DNA of 64,000 bases from Podarcis pityusensis (taxonomy: Eukaryota). The number at the start of each line of letters is the position of its first letter. Within the stretch, counting starts at the first letter, position 1. Of this stretch, positions 1 through 12,284 are shown piece after piece. The notes under the pieces were generated by a model, which saw only the letters and a list, made by a program, of their open reading frames with translations, ran no database searches and was not told the DNA's origin. A program made the position numbers and the translations under genes. Where the stretch lies: assembly GCA_964106645.2 (NCBI GenBank), contig OZ067049.1. One strand, given 5' to 3'.

Positions 1-366
1 TCGCCCCCTGCTTCGGGCTGCAGGCTGCCGCCCCAAGCCTCGCGCGCCCGGTGGGACCTCCCGCCGGGCGCGCGAGGCTTGCGGACATCTGCCCGAACCA
101 GGGGGCGGGCTCCACAGCTCGCCCCCTGCTTTGGGCTGCAGGCTGCCGCCCCAAGCCTCGCGCGCCTGGCAGGACCTCCCGCCGGGCACGCGAGGCTTGC
201 GGATAGCTTCCTGAAGCCTGGAGAGCGAGAGGGGTCAGTGCGCACCGATGCCTCTCGCTCTCCAGGCTTCAGCGAAAGCCTGCATTCGCCCCATACACAT
301 TCGCACACACATTTCCCCTTCATTTTTGGAGGGGAAAAAGTGCGTCCTATAGGGCAAAAAATACGG
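1..366. mobile_element. Right part of a non-autonomous TcMar (Tc2/pogo-like) DNA transposon with internal palindromic tandem repeats
   Basis: Ends GTGCGTCCTATAGGGCAAAAAATACGG+TA (CCGTATTTT-type TIR, TA site); internal 118-bp-period GC-rich repeats; left end is outside the window. Confidence 0.6.
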
Positions 367-3300
367 TATATGGCTGGCGGCCGTGCAGCTTCCTTCCCAA
401 GCCTCCGCAGGAGGAGAGTGATCCCGGCAGAGGCTTGGGAAAAGGTTGACAACTCTGGAAAACGGGGTGGAGTGGGACGGCAGAGGGATCTTTGCACCAC
501 AGTGCTGGATATGTTTAAGACAGCCCTGGTTCTTCCTGTTCTAAATCCCACACTCTTACTCATTTCACTTTACTGGCTATTTCCTCAGGCTGCAATTGGC
601 AGATTGTAGTGATATAGGAGCACAGTGTTTTGCAATATAAATTCTCAGGAGTGCAAAGTTCATAAACTTTAGCGTCACCAATTTGCTGCATACATGGTTC
701 CTCCAAAGAATCTTGGGAACTGGAGTTTACCCTTTCACAGAGCTACTATTCCCAGCACTCTTAGCAAACTACAATTCCCAGGTGTCTCTGATAATCTTCA
801 CAAGCGGGTTAAAAACAAACATCCTCTGTGTGGGTTTTACACTCTCCAAAAATCATAGCACATAAGGACAGCTGCCATTTCCACACCTCCCTAAAGAGAC
901 TTTCCCTCGGTCTGTCCCTTGATTTTCCCAAGCTTGCCAGACATATCTCAGAGGGCTCTGCCAAGGTCTAGATCACATTCCTATAAGCATTCACATTCCA
1001 ATGACCCTGGTCCTCCTCCCCCATCCTTCTTAGGCAAGCCTGTCTCGGCGAGACGCCATTTGAAACTGCGTCATAAAACTTTCCTCCGTTCTCCTCTGTT
1101 CTCCGATGTTTACCAATCCTCTCTTTGATCGATAATTCACTCCACACAGTTCTTGAATTCCTGCTTGTGATTAATAAATTGCAATGATTCTTCTTTTGGG
1201 GTGGAGGGTTATTAATACTCACATAAGGCAAAGAAAAAGAAATGTTTTTTCCTCCACCCCCCTTTCCATTTCGCACCAAACATACCAGTCTTTTAATGGT
1301 GATTCATCACTTGATTTATTTGTCCCGCCCATCGCTCCGCTCCCAGAGATCCATTAATCAGCAGTCTTAACTCCCAATCTTCGCTTGTATGTGCTTTAGC
1401 TTCTTTCCAATTATATATTTCCAATTATATGTTTCGAGCTAAAGCAACCAGTGCGCTGATTGGAGACAGCGTCCGGGAAGAGCCGACTTCACACAAGGGC
1501 TTGTGCCAAGTGTCCGCACCCCCTTCTTTCGAATCCGGGGGTGAATTATGGACACCGCTGGTAAGGCAGTCCCCCCCATCCCCTTGGGGGGGGGCAGGAA
1601 GACTGCATACTTCCCATAGCAGCCTCTTAATTACCTCGTGTGGGTCGGAGAGATGTTATTGTCGGCCATCTTCCAATGCGCCCCCTAGTGGCCCCCGGTC
1701 TGCTTCTGTTTCCTTAACAGGATTTTGATTTGACAAAATCAGGAGATGGAGCTTTCTATGCAGTTAGTCTTACCACACACAAGTCAGAGGTTCTTACCCC
1801 ATCCAGCAAGAGGCATTTGTACAGTTCAGGGATGCATTCCAGCCAGACCAGATTTGCATCTCCTAAGCAAGACTAATGCTCTGCATTAGTAGATAGGAGA
1901 TCAGACTTTTTTATGTTGTGGAGTTAAACAAATATTAAAATACACCTGTTGTTTCTACTGCAATCTGGAAAATCTGGTGGTTTTGTTTGGGGTGTTTTTT
2001 TGTGCTGGGTTGTATTTTAATGCCTGTTTGAAATCTTTCTTTTCATTTAAACTGCAAGAATGATATTCACACCCCTTGTATATCACCTCGGATCAGTGAT
2101 CACATTGTTGTCATTTCAGGTGGCTCTAAGGTTTGGATGTGTGCCACCATGACCTTACCATGGCATTGTTGAGACATTTAGCCCCACCCCTATGCTTTCT
2201 CCTGAGACCCCATCTCTACACAAACAGCACTGCCCAGACTTAGTCGCGAATTTCATTGGTATAGAATGCCATGATTTTCTATTTATATCGCATGGCACTT
2301 CATTCTCTCCTCTGCCTTTTGATTTTTAAACCCAGCCACCCTGCCAAACAAGGAAGGTGCCAGGATCGTGCTGTAAATTTCAGTGACAAATCTACAAGCC
2401 GTGTGACCATTTCTCTGGCTGTTCAGTCATGCTATGAACAGGCTATCTAGCAAAATGCTGGGCTAATAAATGCCTGGGTTTTGATGGTGCATATATAGTC
2501 TACAGAAATGGCTTTTGGTGCCACAGCTAAAGCAAGCATCCCATTCTACCAAGCTCAGACTGTATTGTATGAATCAGACTGTACTTTGCATTTTATTACC
2601 ATTTGACTCCACTGTTGACATTCCCTGCACACACACCTTTTTGGGTCAGAGGGAGAAGACTGGGAAGAGGAGGGGTCGGAAGCTGAAGAGGTACTTAGTG
2701 AGCTGCCAGAGTCCGGGGCAGAGAGAAGTGCAGAAGCCGAAGCTGGCGAGTGGGAGGAGTGGCCAAGAGACACAAAAGAGTCTGGTGAAGAGTCACTGGT
2801 GTCTCTTCTGTTGTGTGAAAAGCTCTCCTCCCCCCATCTCCCAGAACCAGAAGAGGGCTGAAACAGGCAGAGCAGTGACAGACTTCATGGAAGCATAGCC
2901 TCCAACTGCTTGAAAACAGCCCTGTGGAGAGGAAGGGACTTAGACGGTTGTGGGAAGGCAGGGACTTTCAGTCTTGGCAACTGATTCATGGGGTAAGACC
3001 TACCAGGGATGAGCTGCTGTGCTCATTTGGTCTGACACTAAGACAAGCTTATAAAGAGTTTACTTCTACTTTCAACAGTGTGATTTACTGCCAGCTCACT
3101 CTGGCATCTAATCCACCAAACCTACAATAACTTGTTTAGTCTTTAAGGAGCCCCTAGACATGGTTATCTTTTGCCAGATACATAAAAGATGTGTATTTTA
3201 CAGAACCTTTTTCTTATCAATTTTTAGTCAAATCACTATTTCTCCCCAGCCCTCTTATATTTAGGATTGTGGTGCACACTGTGTTCTTTACATTGTTGTT

Positions 3301-4236
3301 GGTTTATTTTTAACAGGACACAAAATCCTGACTGTAAGGAGTTGTTCCAAACCTGTCAATGTCACCAACAGTTCAGGTAACCTTTCTTTATTCTTCTATT
3401 CAACCTAGAGATCAACTATTGGGTGGAAAGATGCTCAGTGACTATGAACAAAGGGAGGAAAACCTCTTCACAATGCAAAGCCAAGAGGGCAATGAGAAAA
3501 TTACATCTGTATTTCCACAGAAGACCCTGAAAATGCAGTGACTCATCACTATGGCAACTGAGCCTAAAACATTTTCCCCCCTGGAAAGCTGCTTGAAGTA
3601 TATGAGTATGTGAAGGAACATCATCTTTATGGTGGCTTTTTGATATTCAAAGGGAAACTCAGGTAAGAATCAGAAGATGAGCCAGAGAAATGCAATTTCT
3701 TCAGGTAGCTGTGATTGGTCTTTGGAGGTTTTGTTATTTACAGTCCTTCACCTTACCTTGCTTGGATTTCTTTTTTTAACATGCTATATATCCATCATTT
3801 ACAAGAGAGCAAACACAACCTCTGACTGCAATTCTAGTTTAACTACATGTTAAAATTCCTCTTACTGAGTTTAAGATTTGCTCTTCTGCTGGATCTGAGC
3901 GCAGATAATCCTCTCATACAATATTGACTAAGAAATGTTTGTCCACATTTAAATTGCTATTTTTTTAGCATGTGGTATTAAAAAAAATATCACCAGTGGG
4001 TGGCGTTTGGCTAAGTCTGACTTAAAATGAAGCTAGGCCACTTTTCCCCCTCAATTCGGATTGAAGCTGGGGTGGGGAACTCATAAAAATAAGGACTTTT
4101 TATTTTTCTTTAAAAAATGCAAACTGATGTGGAAATGTGGAGAATTGAATTTAAGATTGGAAAAAAGCAAGAAGCTCAGAAAAATTGAAATTGACAGATT
4201 CAGATTCCTGCATTGCAGGAGATTTGACTAGATGAC

Positions 4237-4558
4237 TGAAATATACTCAGAGTCGAGTGTGAATTTCATGCTCTTTATTCAGCTCATAGTAGCAATGAAT
4301 GAAACTTTCCCCAAAACGTCTAGCTGTATGTACATTATTTACACAATGGGCCCCACGTGATTGGCTAATTCTGGGCTGCTCCTGTAGGCCAATCAGGTTG
4401 TGGATTCACCTCCTCCAGAAGCCTGATGGGCTGCTCCTGCAGGCCAATTAGGTCGCTGATTCACTTCCACTTGAAGCTGGATTGGGTGGCTTCTGCGGAC
4501 CAATCAGACTGCTGAATTCTAGATCCTATTGTTCTAGGATTCAGCTCAGTACATAACA
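4237..4558 (-). mobile_element. Solo LTR (322 bp) nested in a CR1-type 3' tail
   Basis: Termini TG...CA with inverted ends (TGTTATGTACT...AGTATATTTCA on -); 5-bp TSD ATGAC at 4232-4236 and 4559-4563; AATAAA on - strand; repeated CCAAT/ATTGG. The host tail (4202-4600) is contiguous once the LTR is removed. Confidence 0.85.
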
Positions 4559-4787
4559 ATGACCTTCACGGTCCCTTCCAACTCTCCGATTCTATGATTA
4601 CCATTTCCGCTGTACCAACTCTGTACCAAACTGTGCTTCAAAAATTGAATTGCTGTAAACTCTGCATCACACACCCATACACCCACACACCCCATTTCTA
4701 CGTAACTTCAGAGGGATCGAAAGCTACTGGCTTGATTTTTCAAAAATGCCGCATGGATGGGCCCAAGCAGTAGCATTAACAAGCCTA

Positions 4788-5556
4788 GAGGCGGCATTTT
4801 TTCATCTCCGCCAAGCTAAGCAGTTGGCCCCTTATCTCTCTCGCCCTGACCTAGCCACTGTGATCCACGCGACGGTCACCTCCAGACTGGATTATTGTAA
4901 CTCGCTCTACGTGGGGCTGCCCTTGAGACTGACCCAGAAACTCCAGCGGGTGCAGAATGCCGCGGCAAGACTCCTTATGGGGTCTTCGCTGCGAGATCAC
5001 ATTCATCCGGTACTATACCAGCTGCACTGGCTCCCGGTGGAGTACAGGATCAGGTTTAAGGTGCTGGTTTTAACCTTTAAAGCCCTATACGGCCTAGGAC
5101 CCTCGTACCTACGGGACCGCCTCTCCTGGTATGCCCCACAGAGGAACCTACGGTCTGCAAATAAAAACATCCTGAAGGTCCCAGGCCTCAGAGAGGTTAG
5201 GCTGGCCTCAACTAGAGCCAGGGCTTTCTCAGCTGCGGCTCCAATCTGGTGGAACGCTCTGTCACAAGAGACTAGGGCCCTGCGGGACCTGACATCTTTC
5301 CGCAGGGCCTGCAAGACAGAGTTGTTCCGCCAGGCCTTTGGTCAGGGCCCAGCCTGACTCCCACCTCCGGCAACCTGCACAGAACTTTGCTTAACGGTTG
5401 CCATTAATTTGATTTTAATTAATTTTTATAATGAAATGTTTTAGAATGTTGGATTATTTGATTGTTTGATTATTTGTTTGTTGTTAGCCGCCCTGAGCCT
5501 GGCTTTGGCTGGGGAGGGCGGGATATAAATAAAATTTATTATTATTATTATTATTA
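4788..5556 (+). mobile_element. 5'-truncated L2-clade LINE (ORF2 C-terminus + 3' UTR + (TTA)n tail)
   Basis: ORF 4746-5357 contains L2-type motifs SRLDYCNSLY, LQRVQNAAARL, LHWLPVEYRIRFK, RAFSAAAP; ends in (TTA)n. Confidence 0.9.
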
Positions 5557-6134
5557 GAGCAGTTGCTAGAAACTGCATAGCTTGGCACTTGGAGGGGGCT
5601 CCGTGAGGGTTAATAATAGTTTAGAGAACATTATTCCCATTGCTTTATTCTCATTGGGTGCCAGCCTGGTCAGGACAGAGTAAGTGGCTCTACATCCATG
5701 ACTTTAGCCTCTTGCTCACATTTTCATATGCAGTGAAGGTGCCTTCCTGTTCATAACGTTCTGTGACCAGAATGCCACAGGGCTAGGGATTTTGCAGATG
5801 GGGCACCTGCACTGCAATCTTATACACACTTACCTGAGAGTAAGCACCACTTAATGGGATTTACTTCTGAGTAGACACACCTAGGATTGTGTTGCTGGTC
5901 CTCCAAATCATGATTTAGATAGGCAGCAGTAGACGATGTCCCATTTTAAAGAGGAATTTATGTGTTTGTGTACATATGGGTTTTTTAAAAACAAGTTGAT
6001 ACAATATGTAAGTTTTTGCTCACAGTGTATCATAACTCTTTTCTGTACGTCCCACATGTAAATATCTCTCTGTGTGTGGATAGATAAGTAGATAAATAGT
6101 ACTACTTTGCTATTTATATACAACTTTGCATATA

Positions 6135-6565
6135 CAGTGGTACCTTGGTTCTCAAACTTAATCCGTTCCAGAAGTCCGTTCCAAAACCAAAGTGTTCCGA
6201 AACCAAGGCGCGCTTTCCCATAGAAAGCAAAATGGATTGATCTGTTCCAGACATTTAAAAACAACCCCTAAAACAGCAATTTAACATGAATTTTACTATC
6301 TAACAAGATCCATAAAATGAAAGCAATAAACAAAGTACTGCAGTCATACAATCAGTCTGTAGCTGAATGGGGTTCCACACAGTCACAAAAACAAAAAGAG
6401 CTGCAAAAACACAAACACAAAATAAATAGCAAAAACAGACAGACCTCAGCGTAACACTCACAACGGAGCACCTTTGGCTTCCAAAAAAAGTTTGCAGACT
6501 GGAACACTTACTTCCAGGTTTACAGTGTTTGGGTTCCAAGTTGTTTGTGAACCAAGGTACCACTG
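6135..6565. mobile_element. Tigger/pogo-like MITE
   Basis: TIRs CAGTGGTACCTTGGTTC...GAACCAAGGTACCACTG flanked by TA on both sides. Confidence 0.85.
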
Positions 6566-6903
6566 TATTACCTTGGTTAACCTTACCCCAACCCTGCAAA
6601 GCAGGCTAATATTGCAGGCTAAAAAAACTGAGGCTCCAGTGCGGAGGAGTTGAGTGTCAATAATCCTCAGTGGCAAAGCAAGACTTGTCAGGTTTCTAAG
6701 AATGAACATGCCTACTGCTTTTGTTGAGAAATGGTGCCAGCTTTAAGAACCTTCTTACATATTTGCAAAGGATAAAGTTTTGATGAATGAGCCAATAGTA
6801 TGGACTAATCCTTTGAGCAGATTTCTCTATACCAGCATCATAGATCTGCCTGAGTTCCCCTTGACAGAATTCAGCATGTAGTGAGCAGTTGATATTTCCT
6901 TTA

Positions 6904-6910
6904 TATAAAT
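6904..6910 (+). promoter_or_regulatory. Candidate TATA box for the ASB4 proximal promoter
   Basis: TATAAAT ~160 nt upstream of the ASB4 ATG; motif and position only. Confidence 0.4.
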
Positions 6911-7063
6911 AGAACAGGCAGGTCAGCATTACTTGGTGTTTAAAATTATCTTGGCTTTGCTACACCCTAGAGAAATTAGAACACCCTTTTATGCAGACTT
7001 ATAAACATACGCATTTGGCCATTGAAAACAAACGGGAATATAATAACCCCCCACGCAGAAAAC

Positions 7064-7241
7064 ATGACAGAAGCAATGACACGGGCTGAAATTGCTAAGC
7101 GACTGAAGAAAGATTTTTTGAAGGCTTTGCAGTCAAACGACTACAGAACTCTGGAGGAGTTTTTGATTCAGAAGCAGATAGATGTGGACACAGTGTTTGA
7201 AGTGGAAGATGAGAACCTGGTTCTGGCCTCCTACAAACAAG
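7064..7241 (+). CDS. ASB4: ASB4 coding exon 1 of 5 (ankyrin repeat and SOCS box protein 4)
   Basis: ATG at 7064 (aacATGa); encodes [26 protein letters not shown]...[23 protein letters not shown], recognisable as the ASB4 N-terminus. Donor G|gtaaaa at 7241/7242, phase 1. The second ATG at 7076 is an alternative start. Confidence 0.93.
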
Positions 7242-7516
7242 GTAAAAAGAAGAAGTGTTGACACCAGAGTTTAAAGCTTGTGCAATTAAGGAAACAAATT
7301 GGCTATTTGTAGTCTAAGAGTGTTTGTACTTTGAAGGTATTGCTGCATTATCTAACCTTCTGGATCAGAGCTCACTTAACCGGTAAGTTTGGTATAGAGT
7401 TCCCTTTTCAGGTTCAGGACTGCAGGCCAGTGCAGAGGAGGAAGACAGAAGAAACAGCGGGGGGGCAGAAATGTTACAAGGCAGGCCCCAAGTTATCGAG
7501 TGTACCAATGTATTTG

Positions 7517-7759
7517 CAGCAGGTGGCGCTGTGGTCTAAACCACAGAGCCTAGGGCTTGCCGATTGGAAGGTTGGTGGTTTGAATCCCCACAACGGGGTG
7601 AGCTCCCGTTGCTCGGTCCCAGCTCCTGCCAACCTAGCAGTACGAAAGCACGTCACGCAAATGTCAGCGCCCTCGGCCAGTAAAGTGAGATGAGCGCCGC
7701 AACCCCAGAGTCGTTCACGACTGGACTTAACTGTCAGGAGTCCTTTACCTTTACCTTTT
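7517..7759 (+). mobile_element. Sauria SINE (internally deleted copy), ASB4 intron 1
   Basis: GGTGGCGCTGTGGTCTAAACCAC head, GCTCCTGCCAACCTAGCAG core, (ACCTTT)n tail. Confidence 0.8.
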
Positions 7760-7788
7760 TCCACCCAGAGGTTAGAGCTGAGTAAGTC

Positions 7789-7921
7789 CAGTGCTTTTTT
7801 TCTGGCAGTACTCAATGGTACGCAGTACCAGCACCTCCCTCCCACCCCCAATCTTGTGATTTACTTACTGTAGCAACTTCATGATGTGTACTGGCACTTT
7901 TTTTCCTAGAAAAAAGAACTG
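7789..7921. mobile_element. Short hAT-like MITE
   Basis: TIRs CAGTGCTTTTTTTCT...AGAAAAAAGAACTG; 8-bp flanks AGTAAGTC / AGTAAGGA (6/8 match). Confidence 0.6.
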
Positions 7922-9494
7922 AGTAAGGACCGTGTTTTCAACGTAGGCAGCATCCAGATATTTAACCCTTGAATGTAAATCACTGTTTTAACTGCCCACA
8001 TATCTTTGCAATATATCTGAAATCAGAATTTAGATTAAATGCATTAGCTACATGCGAACCATCCAAGAGGCTATTTCCTTGCCCATCCCTTGTTTCTCTG
8101 CCCCTTGCATTAGTGGCTTGCTTTGGTTTGACAGGGCCCAAATCATCAGCAGATACACGTCAGGTGACATTTAGGATAGCTTAGTCACAGAGTAAATTCT
8201 GGCAGGAATAGAAGGTGACGCTTGCAGGTTGGTGCACCCTGTGTAGCAGTCAGCACAAAGAGAAGAGGCTGCACCCACATTCAGAGACCTTGAAAGTATC
8301 TGTACACCGTATCTGTATCGAATTTGCTCAGCCTCCTGCCCCAGCTTGACCCTCCAAGCCACTTTTCAAGCTCCCAAGCTTTCTAAGCTTTTAAGTATAG
8401 CAAAACAAACTTACTGCATTTTTTTGCCAACAAAAAAGGGAAAAGAAGCAAAAGCAGTCCTATCTACTAGTGAGAGAAAAAACAGGTTTCCAACAAGAAC
8501 TGAACACTTGATAACAATCATTTTATTTATCATGTGGTAATCTGATTCGGCTATTGTTTGATTATCTGAGCATGTGAAACCTTTCTTCAGTTGTGTAGCT
8601 GAAAGTGAAACCTGACAATTACATAGTAGTTAAAGGGGAAAGTATGCAAGAAAGCAGTAGAATAATATCAGTCTTTAAAAATGTAACTTGGAGGCTGCAG
8701 TCTTAACCATATCTACCAAGAAGTGAGTCCTTTTAAATTCAGTGGTGTTTCCTCTCAGGTTAGTGGGGTTCAGATAGCAGCCTAACGCCCTCCACTTGAA
8801 GACCATAGGTAGCTTTTGAGGAAACATGGATAGGAATTCACTGCAAGTTGGACGTGATGGAAGCTGGAGTCCACCCAAAAGCCGCAGGTTACCCTTCCCA
8901 GATGTAAGACAACTGAAAACAAATCTTGATCTGCCTATACAAGTTTTGAATCTTTGTTCTGCGTAAAATGTGTGTCTGTGAGGAGGGATTCAAAGAGTCC
9001 CTTGCATGAGCAATAAACACTTTTGCTAACAGATGGGGTGTCCATTTTCTCTCTCCAGCCCCCAGTTCCATATCCTTCCCATTCCAGAGGGTTATTCGGC
9101 CCCCAGCTTTTCATGGGGTACAAAGGACTGCAGCTGGGAGGGAAGCCTCCCTGTGCTAGTGGAAATCAATTCAAAGTTCTCTGGACTGGTTGCTATGGAC
9201 AAAGGGGAATGCCACACTGTGGGGTCATCAGGACAGGACCTTGAGGCAGAAGCCTGCGGTTCCATTCATCAAACTGAGCAAGAGCCCTGCTCCCCAAATG
9301 TAGCAGGCCCGGATTACCACATTTTGAAGTGAAGTAATGCCCCATGCCACCCAAAGCAGGTGTGGCAAACTTGCAGCCCAGCAGATGTTGCTGAAGACAA
9401 CCTGTGTTGTTATACCTGCATCATCCCTGGCCGTTGGCCATGATCGCTAGGACGGATGGGAATTCTGCTTCAGCATTGAGAGGCCCAAAGGTTC

Positions 9495-9774
9495 ATTTGA
9501 AAACATTTGCAGGATTGATTTAAAATATTTTGTTAGCTTATGATTTGATACCTATTTATAAATATTAGAAGTAAGTCTTTTAAGTATGGAGATAAGGTAA
9601 ACAGGGTGGTTGAGAAATGCGAAGATAAAAGTGATTACATATGGAAGTCAGGGAGGGGATACGGGAGGAAGTCAAAGCTCAATTTGAGCAAAGATATATG
9701 TGATGAAGAAATGTTATTTGGTTGTTATAAAGGAAAAAAGAAAATTTAATAAACATTATATGAAAAAAAAGAGA
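9495..9774 (+). mobile_element. 5'-truncated L1-type 3' end (280 bp) with 17-bp TSD
   Basis: Exact TSD GAGAGGCCCAAAGGTTC at 9478-9494 and 9775-9791; AATAAA followed by an A-rich tail. Confidence 0.8.
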
Positions 9775-11019
9775 GAGAGGCCCAAAGGTTCCCCACACCT
9801 GACTTAAAGGGAGGGCACAAGGCCATTTAGTTTGTCTCTAAAGTTTCCCGACACTGCCAGACATTTTCAAATGAACTGGAGCGGAAAGCAGCCATGATGT
9901 CATTCCACTCCTTCAATGTAAGGTGTGACAGTTGCAGTGTGGAATTCAGTTACATGGAAGTGTGAACCACACTGCCCCAGTCTGGATATGATTGGAAGAA
10001 GGAGGAAGTTCTGGAATTTGAAGATTAGCTTATTGGCAGGAGAGAATGATGTTGAACCTATGGTGCGTATTAACATTCTGGGATGAAGCCATGTAGCTCT
10101 ACTGGGATGAGGACCAAGAGATTCAGTGGAGGAAGGGCAAGGGGAGAATAGGTATTTTCTCAGGGCTGTTTGTGTAGTTTAACACTTTCTAGTCTGCAGT
10201 TCCTTCAGACAGGTGGATTGTGGACCCTTCAAAGCAGAGACTTCTACCCTCCTTTCTCAACATATAAATATGCAAAAAAAATCCAGAAATAAGGAATGGT
10301 AAAAATTCTTAAATGAATAAAGAACCTCAACATTCATTAAGTTCAGAAACCTCATTGGGGCAATGCTGCCATGAAGCAGGGTGAAGTGGCCTAACCTGCC
10401 CTGGGCTGAGTGGGGTGATAGATGAAGGCAGGAATTTGATACAGCAAGACTTCTTAAATCAGGGAATGGGGCACCTGTGGCCTTCCAGATATCACCCCAA
10501 GCAACAGGGCCACTGGTGAGTGATGATGGGAGTGGTAGTCCAGTGACATCATTCCTGGGCCTAGTAAGAGGTGACGAGGAGACACAATTTGGATTTTGCT
10601 TCAGGTAGCAAAGTGTCTTGGGCTGGCAATGCATTTTGGTCAAGCAATCTTTTGCACGCTGGAGTCCCAATGTGTGAATGAATCACATCGCTATATCTGG
10701 AATGTTTTACTCCATCTGAAAGAAGAAATCTGACAAAAGTGCCCAATTATTTATGAATGTTTAGTTAAAATGAATGAGGAGTTCTGTATTTGCAGAAGAT
10801 ACGTGTGTGCAGCTGAGCATGCATGTTTCCTAGGGTCCCAGTCTCCACTACTTTATGTGCCATTTCAACCCCCCCATTCAAGTCATGCCATGGCAGTTTT
10901 AAACCTACCTACCAGAGCCCAATATTTCTATTAACTGTTTACTGATTACTGATTGGGAATGATGCTTTTGAAAGGGTCATCATGTACTTACCTACTTGTG
11001 CATTTTTTTTTTAAACCAG

Positions 11020-11319
11020 GATATTGGCTGCCTAGCTATAAACTGCAACATTCGTGGGCCACTGGGCTACACTTATCTGTTTTGTACGGCCACCTGGAGA
11101 GCCTGAGGGTCCTGCTGAAGCACAAAGCGACAATCAACTGCCGGCCCAATGGCAAAGCAGCAATCCACATAGCATGCGAAGTGGGCAACCTGGATTGCAT
11201 CAAGATACTTTGCAGCCACGGAGCGAAAACCAACTGCTATTCGCTGAGCGGTCTGGCGCCACTGCATTTCTGTACGACAAAGCTGTCCATCCCTTGCGCA
11301 CAGCAGTTAATCTGGAGAG
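11020..11319 (+). CDS. ASB4: ASB4 coding exon 2 (ankyrin repeats)
   Basis: Acceptor tttttttaaaccag|GA, donor G|gtaagt; 300 nt, phase 1-1; [24 protein letters not shown]...CAQQLIWRG. Confidence 0.97.
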
Positions 11320-12109
11320 GTAAGTCCAGTTGCAGGCCATCAGCGCTGTAGCCCTTTGGAGTGCAGAGGAGAGAATGACATGGGTTAGCCTTCCACATGG
11401 TGGTGGTGGGGAAGTCATTGCCACTAGAAAGCTAGCATGCCAGGGATGAATTTTGCTTTCTTTCTCCCTGTTAAGTTAGCTGTCAAATATAGGAGATTTC
11501 TACAGAGCAGCCAATTCAAATAAAGCTGGGAGCCCTGCACGGGCAGCCACAAATGGTATATTTCTTTGACATGGTTTTATGCACATTTTAATCTTTACTA
11601 AAATATAGTGACACTTTGTCTTCAAATATCTAAAGACATACAGAAGAGAGGTAAGGCTTGAGCCCCTTTTGCATTATCCTTATAAAATACTATCATGCCA
11701 CTTTTAACAGTCATGGCATCCCTCCCCCCCCCCAAAAAAAAATATCCTGGGAACTTTCACTTGTTAAGGGGGCTGAGAATTGTTAGGAGTCCCTTGTTCC
11801 CTAAGATGCGCATTATTACATTTAGTAAAAGGCTATATTAACAGTGTCATGTTTATCCCACATGATGCCAATAACGTTGACAGCAGGACTAAGATTGCTG
11901 CCATGAGGAATTGTGGGAAAGTCCAAGGGGCTCCTTAAAAATGCGTTGTGAGCTGAAGTGCTACATTCTGAGTGTGACCTACTTTCAGTACGGAATGTAG
12001 AGCCAGTACACATCCTAAAACAATATGGAACTACCTTGAGAGGAGAGATAACAACAGCACTGGACTCTTCAGCTGCAAATGAAATGGAAGGGAACGTTTA
12101 AGTAAACCT

Positions 12110-12284
12110 NNNNNNNNNNNNNNNNNNNNNNNNNNNNNNNNNNNNNNNNNNNNNNNNNNNNNNNNNNNNNNNNNNNNNNNNNNNNNNNNNNNNNNNNNNN
12201 NNNNNNNNNNNNNNNNNNNNNNNNNNNNNNNNNNNNNNNNNNNNNNNNNNNNNNNNNNNNNNNNNNNNNNNNNNNNNNNNNNNN
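12110..12284. other. Assembly gap (175 N) in ASB4 intron 2
   Basis: Run of n; no ASB4 coding sequence is missing (exons 2 and 3 join in frame). Confidence 1.

Noticed and set aside
79-609. 176-aa ORF
   Set aside because: Non-ATG start; runs through GC-rich MITE repeats, where stops are rare; no recognisable domain.
2625-3130. Purine-rich LTR-like stretch containing a 127-aa ORF overlap
   Set aside because: No termini, TSD or protein motif could be identified; too weak to call.
7022-7063. TTG-initiated N-terminal extension of ASB4 in the ORF track
   Set aside because: Artefact of alternative start codons; similarity to ASB4 begins at about the ATG at 7064.
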